In this document: positions 11,175-23,038 of the stretch, one piece after another
Position numbering within the stretch: the first letter of the stretch is position 1
How the letters are laid out: every line of letters starts with the position of its first letter
NCBI GenBank assembly: GCA_002104905.1
Contig: MCFE01000586.1
Location: forward strand, 1-55,609
Reading direction: 5' to 3'
Length of the DNA stretch: 55,609 nucleotides
Source: Basidiobolus meristosporus CBS 931.73
Taxonomy: Eukaryota; Fungi; Basidiobolomycota
The notes under the pieces: generated by a model
Seen by the model: the letters and a program-made list of their open reading frames with translations, nothing else
Told to the model about the DNA's origin: nothing
Databases searched by the model: none
Position numbers and translations under genes: made by a program

Positions 11175-14100
11175 TGTTGTAAAAATTTGCAATTTCACCT
11201 AAATATTGACCCAACTTAGTCATTTAGATCATAAGTCCTGTTCTGTTGAGTAGTGCCACATAGTTCCAGCCTGTTTATAATGCCAGATTGATCTGTCCCT
11301 CTATGGCACTATTTGACACTCTAGTTTCTACCATAATGATAGTGGTAGGATGCAGTCACTGGTAATTTACTCAATCCTGCTTATGTTGCTGAGAACAATG
11401 CTTTCCTTGCTTTATTCACTCTTCATAATGCTCTGGACACATTTCTCTCAGTGGATATCTTCTTGTGCAAATATACTGTGCATTAATAAGTATCTTGAGT
11501 ATTTTACCTTTTCTGCTGTTTTCTCCCATATATGACTTTCCACTGCATTTACCTGACAATATGCTGAATATCTTTAAATATCCAAATATATGCTCTACAC
11601 TCACTCTGAAGTGGTTAAATATCTCACTCTAGAGCTTCTGCTTCCTGCTAAGCACACAATTCCTTGGCTTCTTATGAGCAGTAAAACATTCTAATCTCTG
11701 ATATTCTCTCCTATATAAGCCTAATCTGCCATACATTTGTCCCCTCTACTGAATTCTGGATGGTTCTCTACCCAGACTTCTTTGTCATGCCTACTTCCAG
11801 CAAATGGCTCACTAAACCGGATGATGTTACTCTCAAAGCCAGACAGTGCTTGAAACTTGACACAGTGTGCCTGGTATTTGCCAGAATAAAAGTGACTCTG
11901 CCCTCTAGAAGGTCTGCTAATCCTGACTGGGAAGGTATCCAAAATACTTCTGATATTGAATCTGTTGCTGACCACTCTGGGATATGGAAGTCTATTGAAG
12001 CTTGTGAACCTGGTATTCCAAGCTTGCTGTAAGTCACTCTTACCCTCTGCAAGGTGGTTCTCCATTGCTGTCAGCTAGGAATGAAAGCTTCTAGGACTTT
12101 TGCTGTCATGAATGGTGGGATGAAAACTTGCAGGGCAATGGTCCTTGTATTAGCTGAGAAGCTTAACAAGGAATCACCTATAATAGATTAATGGTGGATG
12201 ATTCATAGTTCTTTGTATAGATCTCCTGTGATGTGTCAAAAGGAAATCCAGTGGTAATGATGGGATTGATGATAAATGACCATCCAGATAAGTCATATTA
12301 AAATTGATATGAAATTCAGTGGATGTGATATGAATTGCTTTGGCAAAATCAGCTTAACTGACCTAATTTCCCATACATTACAATTAAATCTCCATCAATT
12401 GCCATGTACTCCATCAATATGTTGCAAAAATCATCCAGAATCACTTCTAATATCTCAAAGACTCTTACAACTGTTTATGAGCCCAAAGCTTTTACTCTTT
12501 GTAATGTATACTATTGCTATTACTGGAATTTTACTCTCTGCTGAAAAGTTGGATGGATCTAGCCACCAAGTGTAGAAGGTGAAGATGAAGATGCTGCTAC
12601 AAGAAAGAGGCCTTTGCAATATAGTCATGGGAGAAGAATGCCCTCCTAAAAATGTGGGAGAAGAAGCCTTAAAGTACTAGAAGAAAGAACAAATGCCATT
12701 AACTGCATTTACCTTAATGTTAAAGACAAATTGCTAATTCAATGCTCAAGAGTAGAACAGCAAAGAATGCCTGGAAGGCATTAGAAGATACCTACCAGTT
12801 GTGCTCAGCTGCTAAGAAAGTGTATTTGAGATGAAAATTCTTTACTACAAAGATGCAGCCAGGAGAAGAAATCAAAATTCAATTAGCAGAATTACCTTGC
12901 TGGTGGATGAAATGGAATATGTGGGCATACCAACTACTGATGAGGATCCAATAGTTACCATCTTGAATAGCCTAACAGACACGTTTCAGGGCCTATATCA
13001 GCCCTAGAGCTCAGAACTGAAGATTTGACCTTGAATTACATATATGGAAGGCTCCTGGATGAAGAATTAAGAAAATTGGTGGGTTTTCAAGACAGAATAC
13101 AAGGCTGATGGTTCAGTTGAAAGATACAAAACAAGACTTGTGGCCAAAGGATACTCTCAAACAAGAGAACTTGACTATACTGAGATATTTGCACTGGTTG
13201 CCAAGTTTAGTTCCATAAGATTAATATTGGCTATTGCAGCCAAATACAAGTTTTTTATTCATCAAATGGATGTAAAAACTGCATTCTTGAACAAAGAACT
13301 TGAAGAGGACATATATATGGACCAGCCTTCTGGGTTTTTGACTAAGATAATCCCCACTTGGTCTGCAAGCTTAAAAAGTCTCTATATGGTCTCAAACAAT
13401 AACCAAGAGCCTGGAATTGCACAATAGATTATTACTTGGAATCTCTGAGTTTCAAAAGGAGTAATGCAGACTGTAGTGTATACTATAAGCCAGACAGAGC
13501 AAGTTCAGTTCTATTAGCTCAATATGTCAATGATCTTATTATAGCTGCCAATCATCTAGCAACATTGGAAGAGACTAAATCCAGCTTATCTCAGGAGTTC
13601 AAGATGTCCAGTCTAGGAGAACTCAGTTACTACTTAGGGATTAAGTTCTCCATAGACAGAAGTACCCAGACTACTACCCTAAGCCAATCCAAGTATTTTC
13701 AAGAGATACTAAAGAAGTACCAAATGGAAGGCTGTAAACTGGCAGCTACCCCAATGGAGACAAACCTTAACTTGGTCAAAATTCAACCAAATCAAGAGAG
13801 CTTGGTGCCATCTGAAAGCCCTGACTTTCCTTATCAATCTATGGTTGGTAGTCTGATGTATATCAAGCTTGGAACACGTCCAGATATCTCATATTCAGTG
13901 GGAGTTGTCAGCCAACATAATCAGAACTATGGATCTGATCATATTGCAGCAGTTAAGCTGAGTTTAGATACCAAAAAGGCACTGCTGATATCTGCTTAAG
14001 ATACACTTATAAGGATTCTGAACAGAATCTTGTGGGATACTCTGATGCAGATTGGGGACACAATTTGGAAGAAAGAAGATCCAACACAGGATACACCTTT

Positions 14101-14861
14101 CTTTACTCTAAAGGAGCAATTTCATGGAATTCAAATAAGCAACCAACCATAGCACTTTCCACCATAAAGGCAGAGTATATGGTAGCCTGTGAAGCTACCA
14201 AAGAAGCAATGTGGTTAAGAAAGCTTTTTCAGACTTAGGCCCATGTCAAAAAATGCCTATTACATTATTTCAAGATAATCAAGGATGTATACAATTAGGT
14301 AGGGTTCCAACTATTCATGGTAGAACTGAGCACATAGATATTAGGCATCATTTCATATGTGAAGCTATAGAGAGTAACTTAGTTAGGTTAGTTTACTATT
14401 CTTCAGATGAAATTACTGCAGACATATTTACCAATCCATTAGCTAGAGACAAGTTTAAATATCTTTGGTCAAAATTAGGACTAGTCAATATAAACACTTA
14501 GCTGAGTGGGAATGTTGTAAAAATTTGGAATTACACCAAAATATTTACCTAACTTAGTCACTTAGATCATTACCTTCAAATCCTAGAGAATACTGACCAA
14601 ATTCCTTGTTGGGATTTACTTAGAATATTTCCACTCAAATACCAGGTACCCAGAACATGAAAATTCTCAAAGTTGTCCAAACAGCCCCAAGCGTTGCGCA
14701 CACATTCTTGGGACCTTCCTTAACCTATTCTACGTGCTTTCAATGCCAAGACCATGTAAAAGTATCAATACTACTTTTACATTCAATAAATCATTTAGTG
14801 AAAACCACATTATCTACTAGTTCCCCCAATCACTTCCAATATCTCCAAGACTCTTACAACA
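11175..14861 (+). mobile_element. Ty1/copia LTR retrotransposon, defective (interrupted 5' LTR, gag fragment fused to RT/RNase H, intact 3' LTR 14513-14861)
   Basis: LTR start TGTTGTAAAAATTTG at 11175 and LTR end at about 12420-12472. PBS-like GTTTATGAGCCC at 12473. RT motifs AKGYSQ, QMDVKTAFL, YVNDLII. RNase H motifs YSDADW, SNKQPTIALST.KAEY, HIDIRHHFI, ADIFTNPL. PPT GCTGAGTGGGAA. LTR TGTTG...CAACA, 349 bp. Confidence 0.9.
11234..12260 (-). mobile_element. PIF/Harbinger-ISL2EU-like DDE_Tnp_4 transposase relic inserted in the copia 5' LTR
   Basis: Reads LDTFPVRISRPS...FYSGKYQAHCVKFQ...GSRHD...MAD*AY, then HKKPRN...RVSVEHIFGYLKIFSIL. A TIR-like end AGTCCTGTTCTGTTGAGTAGTGCCAC lies at 11234. 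I did not find the other end. Confidence 0.75.
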
Positions 14862-15282
14862 GTCACTGCCTGGTCTTTCACTACCACTCTGAATGTGTGC
14901 TTCTTGTATTGTACCACATTTTCTCCTGAATAAATACTGCACTAGTGCATTTGTTTCTGTCTGCTTGTCCTTTGCTAGCACTCTTCTAGCTACCTGATAT
15001 TTCTTTGCTGCTTGTCAGAAGCTTTCAGCCCTGCTTGTGACAGGCTCTTGAGGAAGCCACTGGTTCTTGGCCATGGCACCCTTATTCTTCTGCCTTTGAT
15101 AGTTTGTGCTATTCTTGAGTTACTTTCTTAGCATACCAATTTTGTCCTAAAGTCTGTTTGCTTGTTTCAGCACAAGATAACACTCATGTTACAGGTCAAT
15201 CTCACATAGTCTCTTGAATATTATCCCACTCTTCATCATTACACTCAACAGCTTCACAGATCTTCAGTGTCTTTTGATTTTA

Positions 15283-15573
15283 CTTGGTCACTTAGATCAT
15301 TACTTACAAATCTGAGAGAATACTGGCCAAACTCCCTGTTGAGATTTATTTGCAAATTTTTGTGTTCTGGGTACCTGATGATTTGGTGAAGATGTTGTAA
15401 GTTGTCCAAACAGTTGCAAACTTTGCACACATGCTCTTAGAGCCTTCCTAAACCCATTCTACATGTTTATTTCTCCAAGATCATATAAAAGTCTAAATAT
15501 TACATTAAGTGAAAAACTACATAATCTACTTGCTCACCTAATCACTTGTAAAGTCTCCAGGATTCTTACAACA
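15283..15573 (+). repeat. Partial copia LTR
   Basis: GGTCACTTAGATCATTAC...GATTCTTACAACA matches the LTR family. Confidence 0.75.
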
Positions 15574-15745
15574 GTAATATCATGCAGGTATCTTGGTACT
15601 CAGTGTCACTTTCAGTGCTCCCTAGAGTGTGACAATATGATATACCCAAGTTCTGTTAAGCTCAAGCCATAGATAGATTTTTTTGAGAGCTGTGTGGTGC
15701 TCCTTGTGAAGATATGTTGCAAGTAATTTTGTGACATGGTGTATA

Positions 15746-18651
15746 TGTTGTAAAAATTTGTATTTCCACCTAAATACTCATCTAACTTAGTCACTTAGAT
15801 TATTACCTTCATATCCTAGAGAATACTGATCAAATTCCTTGTTGGGACTTACTTAGAATATTTTCACCAAAGTACCAGGTACCCAGAACATGTAAATTCT
15901 CAAAGCTGGCTAAACTGCCCCAAACTTTGCACACATGATTTTGGGATCCTCCTCAGCCTATTCTATGTATTTGCTATGCAAAGACCATGTAAAAGTATCA
16001 ATACTACTTTTACATTCAATAATCATTAAGTGAAAACCACATTCTCTACTTGTCCTCCCAATCACTTCCAATATCTCCAAGACTCTTTCAACTGGTTATG
16101 AGCCCCAAGCTGTCACTCTCTGCAATGTCTACTACTGCTATCTATGCTATGAGTATTGGGCAAAATCAGTTGCCACTGCTGCATATCTTAAAAATAGGAG
16201 CTATAACAGAATACTTTCTGATTCTACTCTACTTGAAGCATAGTATGGATACAGACCAAGTGCAGAACATCTAAGAATATTTGGGTGTACAGCATATGCC
16301 AAGAAACTGCCCAGAAATCAGTCAAAATTTGAGCCAAAAAGTGTAAAATGCATATTTTTGGGCCACTGCAATGAGAGTAAAGCATACAGACTCTACAATA
16401 CCAAAGCAAAGAAGCTAATCAAGTCCAGGGATGTGCTGTTTGATGAAAATTCAAAATTCTCACAAAATATGATTTCAGATGATGACAAAAATCTGATCTC
16501 TAATCCACCAATTGTCAGAGTTGAGTCAGAGCAAAACAATGAAAATTTTTTCACTCCAGAGGACTCTACAGCCATGGTTCAGCCAGAATCAGTGCCCAGG
16601 AATATCCCAGAAGTGATCATTCCAGTATCAAATGCCTGGAGATCCAATTAGACAAGAAATAGCCCATATTACTGTATCAATGAGGGTACAAACTTAGCCT
16701 ATGCCTATTCAGTCCATATTGATGAGCCCCAGACTGTAAAAGAGGCCCTAAATAGCCCTCAGACAAAGTTTTGGAGATCTTCAATGACTGAGGAATATCA
16801 GGCCCTGATGGAAAATCAAACTTGGGACTTAATCAAATTACCAATCAACCAAAAATCAATTGGATGCAGATGGGTCTTCAAGACAAAATACAAGGCTGAT
16901 GGTACAATTGAAAGATACAAAGCAAGACTTGTAGCCAAAGGATACTCTCACACAAAAGGACTTGACTATACTGAGACCTTTGCACTGGTAGCCAAGTTTA
17001 ATTCCTTCAGATTAATATTGGATATTGCAACCAAATATAAGTTTTTTATTCATCAAATGGATGTAAAAACTGCATTTTTGAATGGAGAACTTGATGAGGA
17101 CATGCATATGGAGCTGCCTGATGGGTTTGTTGACTAAGATAATCCCCATTTGGTCTGCAAGCTTAAAGAGCTACTATATGGTCTCAAGCAATCACCAAGA
17201 GCCTGGAATTGCAAGATAGATTCTTATTTGGAATCTCTGAGTTTTAAAAGGAGTAATGCTGGCTATAGCATATACTATAGGCCAGATAGAGCAAATCCAG
17301 TTGTATTAGCTCTATATGTGGATGATCTCATTATAGGAGCCAATAACCTAGAAACATTGGAAGAGACTAATCCAGCCTATCTAAGGAGTTCAAGATGTCC
17401 AATCTAGGAGAACTCAGTTACTACTTAGGGATTAAGTTCTCCATAGACAAATGTACCCAGACTATTACCCTAAGCCAATCCAAGTATATTCAAGATATAC
17501 TAAAGAAGTACCAGATGGAAGACTGTAAACTGGCAGCTACCCCAATGGAGACAAACCTTAACTTGGTCAAAACTCCACCAAATCAAGAGAGCTTGGTGCC
17601 ATCTGAAAGCCCTGACTTTCCTTATCAATCTATGGTCGGCAGTCTGATGTATATCATGCTTGGAACACGTCCAGATATCTCATATTCAGTGGGAGTTGTC
17701 AGCCAACATAATCAGAACTATGGGTCTGATCATATTGCAGCAGTTAAGCTGAGTTTAGATACCTAAAAGGAACTGCTGATATCTGCATAAGATACACTTA
17801 TCAGGATTCTGAACAGGATCTTGTGGGATACTCTGATGCTGATTGGGGATGAAATCTGGAAGACAGAAGATCTACCACAGGATACACCTTTCCTTACTGC
17901 AAAGGAGCAATTTCATGGAACTCAAAAAAGCAACCAACCATAGCACTTTCTACCACAGAGACACAATATAGCAGCCTGTGAAGCTACAAAAAAAGCAATG
18001 TGGTTAAGAAAGCTTTTTACAGATTTAGGCCTATGTCAAAAAACGCCTATTACATTATTTCAAGATAATCAAGGATGTATACAATTAGGTAGAAATCCAA
18101 CTTTTCATGCTAGAACCAAGCACATAAATATTAGACATCATTTCATACATGAAGCTATAGAGAATAACTTGGTTAGCTTAGTTTACTGTCCTACAGATGA
18201 AATGATTGCAGACATATTTACTAAACCATTAGCTAAAGACAAGTTTAAATATCTTTGGTCAGAATTAGGACTAGTCAATATGAACATTTAGCTGAGTGGG
18301 AATGTTGTAAAAATTTGGAATTCCACCAAAATATTCACCTAACTTAGTCACTTAGATCATTACCTTCATATACTAGGGAATACTGACCAAATCCCTTGTT
18401 GGGATTTACTTAGAATATTCTCACCAAAATACCAGGTGCCCCAAACATGAAAATTCTCAAAGTTGTCCAAACAGCCCCAAACTTTGCACACATGTTCTTG
18501 GGATCATTTTTAACCTACTCTACATGTTTGTTATGCCAAGACCATGTAAAAGTATCAATACTACTTTTACATTCAATAAATCATTAAGTGAAAACCACAT
18601 TATCTACTGGTCCTCCCAATCACTTCCAATATCTCCAAGACTCTTACAACT
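15746..18651 (+). mobile_element. Ty1/copia LTR retrotransposon with both LTRs and 5-bp TSD GTATA; gag/protease/integrase core deleted
   Basis: LTRs 15746-16093 and 18303-18651. GTATA at 15741-15745 and 18652-18656. PBS GGTTATGAGCCC. Integrase tail (SKAYRLYN...SRDVLFDE). RT (IGCRWVFKTK, KARLVAKGY, QMDVKTAFLNG, LYGLKQSPRAW, LYVDDLII) and RNase H, broken by stops and frameshifts. Confidence 0.92.
16094..16105 (+). promoter_or_regulatory. Primer binding site complementary to the anticodon arm of initiator tRNA-Met (Ty5/copia half-tRNA type)
   Basis: GGTTATGAGCCC directly follows the LTR and is the reverse complement of GGGCUCAUAACC of fungal tRNAiMet. Variants occur at 12473 and 44046. Confidence 0.85.
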
Positions 18652-18855
18652 GTATAAAGATTAAGGTCTACTGTATAAGCGTGAAAGTGATGATAACTTC
18701 CAGAGCTTCACTGATTCTATGAGGTAGCTAGTATCCTGGAAGCTAGAACCTGAATAGACAACCCACAATCCTGTAATGTGATAAATAGGAACCTAGGATA
18801 CACAAGTTTTTAAGGGTAAACCAAGCAACTTTAAGTGTGGGGCCAGATTAACACA

Positions 18856-19177
18856 CCCTAAGAAAAAAAATTAACAAAATGCCAGCAGAAAACCATCATG
18901 ATATCAGCTTAAATTCCAAGTTTGTCAAAACTGACAACTCTCAATATCTCAGATACTGGTGGTTGGGCAGACAAGCAGACATATTTTCCAGCTGAAGACT
19001 AGGCCAACTAGCATTCATACCAAACTTGGTAGTCAGCTGCATGCTACCCAGCTCAAAAATTCCAACTGAAAATTGGAAGGAAAAACACCAGCAGAATACC
19101 AGCAAGAGGCCATTATAATGCCAGCTAAATACCAGCTAAAAATTAGATGAATTCCAACTTTGATATTTTTCATAGGG
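18856..19177. mobile_element. 322-bp MITE with CCCTA(A/T)GAAAA TIRs and 3-bp TSD ACA (CACTA/CMC-like)
   Basis: Begins CCCTAAGAAAA and ends TTTTCATAGGG. ACA on both flanks (18853-18855, 19178-19180). About nine internal (C/T)CAGC(A/T) motifs. Confidence 0.7.
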
Positions 19178-19701
19178 ACACTTGCTTCTGCTTTGATGAT
19201 TGTCAAGTTCTCCCAAGTGGCCCCAGACTTTGTACTTCATCTACTGGGGTACTTCAAGAAGGCTGCATCAGCTTTTCTAAGCTCTCTTAAAAGCTTGAAT
19301 GTCTAATGACTCAACAAATGAATATCACCACTGCTAGGACCACGAAGTTATCCAATTTTTTGGCTTGTAGGTGAGGTGAGAATAGAAGCAAAAAAGGGAG
19401 CAACCCAGGTGAGAGCGATCCATCACGGGTACATCCTTAAAGAGAACAGGCGGGGCTGGTTGGGCAACCAATCATCGCCCCACCGAAATCAGCATTGGAC
19501 CCGGCCCAGGTTAGCGAGAATGGGTGGGTAGCCGGGCGGACCCGGCCGAAGGGGGAACGGGCCCGTGGTTGGGTCGGGGATCGGCCGAAGAAACGGACGA
19601 ATGCGGTTGAAAAAGAAAATTGCCCGACCGATCGAGATGTCAACAAAATCTCTGGGACCCGGTCGGGAGTGAAGCTGCTGTTCACCTCACCTTCGGAAAA
19701 T

Positions 19702-21021
<1,320 letters not shown>

Positions 21022-21442
21022 GCCCTCTAGAGGCACCTTGCGTCAGAGGGGGTCCCGAAGCCCCCACCAATTTATATAAAGTTCTTCGTTTGTCGTTACG
21101 TGAGATGACTTGGTCACCGGCTCTTTGTTACATTGTTTTGTTGGAATCGTGTGGGGAGGGGCGGCCCGCAGTGCTCTGCTGAGCCCCGGTCTCCGGTCGG
21201 CGATCTTCAGAGCTTGTGAGGTGCGAGGAGGCCCCAGAGCCCGCAGTAGATTAGGACTGTTTCGACCGAGGGATTCCATGGAGGTGGATCCTGTATCCAC
21301 TGCGCGGCACGGCAGCCAGAAAATTCATTCGATAGGATCTTCGGGATCGCCAGGATCGGCGCGACCCAGCTCCCATAGGCTGATACGTCCCATATAGATG
21401 AATGGCCCACGGGGATTCTTGGTCACGATCATTTCTTGGAGA

Positions 21443-22576
21443 ATGGCACCCGTGAAGAAAAAGGCCAAGACGGAGAAAGTTGACAACGGTATTCCCCTGC
21501 AGGAAGCAGTTCCCTCCTCACCACCCCCACTGCGCTGACCTTGGTTCCCTTTCCAGCTGAAGAAGCGGTCTTGGAATACTTGCGAAGGAACAACCGCCCC
21601 TACAGCGCTAGTAAGCCCTTCCCTCTACCCCGTCTGCTCTTCGACGGAACACATGCTTAACTCCACTTGCCTCCTCGCCTAGCGGATATTTTCAACAACC
21701 TCCACGGGGCAGTTGGCAAGACCGCCGTCCAAAAGATCCTCACCCAGTTAGTGGAAAAGGAGGAGATCACTGGCAAGGCATATGGAAAGCAGTGGGTCTA
21801 CTGCATTAGCCAGGTAAGAGGAGCTTCCTCAAGAGCACCTTGTAAAAGCTCTTCTGATGGTTGCTTTCCGCTTCCAGGACAAGTTCGAAACCCCCTCTCA
21901 GGAAGAATTGGATGAAATGGACAAGCAGATCGAGGCTCTATGGCAGCAGGTTGCCCAAAAGAAGGAGGAAAACAAACAGCTAGCCTCCGGTAATCTAACC
22001 CCCCCCCACGCATCGAAGAGAAGGAACCCCGACAGCTGACCCTTTTGCACAGTTTTCAGTGGGCTGAACAATTCGCTGACCAACAGCGAGATAGAGGAAA
22101 GGCTGGGCATATTGGAGGCCGAGGTACGCGAGGGATCTGCTCGAAAGCGCGCCCCGTCCAAGGCGATACTAACCTTTCCCTGACCTGACCCGACCCGACC
22201 CAACAGAACCAGAAGTACGAAGAAAGGCTTGCCCGGCTGAGAGAGGGCGGGAAGCAGATCTCTCTAGAAGACAAGAAGAAAATCGACACGGAGTTTGAAA
22301 ACAACCGGAAGCTGTGGAGAGCCCGAAAGAGAATGGTACAGTGAGCCACACCATCGGAGAGTTGGCCAGTCAACTAACCCACCTGCAGTTCAACGACATC
22401 TTCAACACCATCACCGAGTTCATGCCTGGGAAACCGAAGGATCTCCTGGTAAGTTGGACCTCGCCTCCGGTGTCAAACATACGCATGACCGTTTTCCCCG
22501 TTAGGAGGAGCAAGGTATAGAGACCGACGCCGATGCGGGAGTGGACATCAATGCTGATCCGTTGGCTGGCCTGTAA
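21443..22576 (+). CDS. HOP2: Homologous-pairing protein 2 (Hop2/TBPIP/PSMC3IP); 8 exons
   Basis: Winged-helix segment AVLEYLRRNNRPYSATDIFNNLHGAVGKTAVQKILTQLVEKEEITGKAYGKQWVYCISQ, then coiled coil and ...WRARKRMFNDIFNTITE...EEQGIETD. Canonical introns. Confidence 0.9.
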
Positions 22577-23038
22577 GGCACGGCAGCTCTAGACAGGATT
22601 CGTGAAGAGTATAGAGGCCCTCGACGCGGGGGATTGATTATTTATTTGCCCAACCCAATTGCCTCGGCGTTCCAATTAAACCACCTATTTTGAAGCGTAA
22701 TGTAAACACCAACATGGCGTCCATGTCCTCAATCAGCATTGATCTCGGTGGGGGAGTAATGGGCGTTGAGTAGACCAATTCTTTATAGATGATGCATAAG
22801 TGTGAGAGTGTGGTGGGCTCAAGATAATGGTACAACCAGAAATACATTAGAGAAGCAAGCTCCAGGGATAGAGCCTGGAGTTGCACGTAAGAAAGGCACG
22901 ATTCCATCCACTGGACAATGCTTGGTTAAACATGGACCGGGGGGATGTAGCGCGGGTGCAAATTAAAATGGTGTGGAAGAGTAGTCGGTAAATATTGTCT
23001 GATGGGTGAGATGTTACGATGCGGGGACGAAGGCGTGA

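Noticed and set aside
22638-22907. 89-aa minus-strand ORF between HOP2 and PP2A B''
   Set aside because: It lies in the convergent 3' UTR region and has no recognisable domain.
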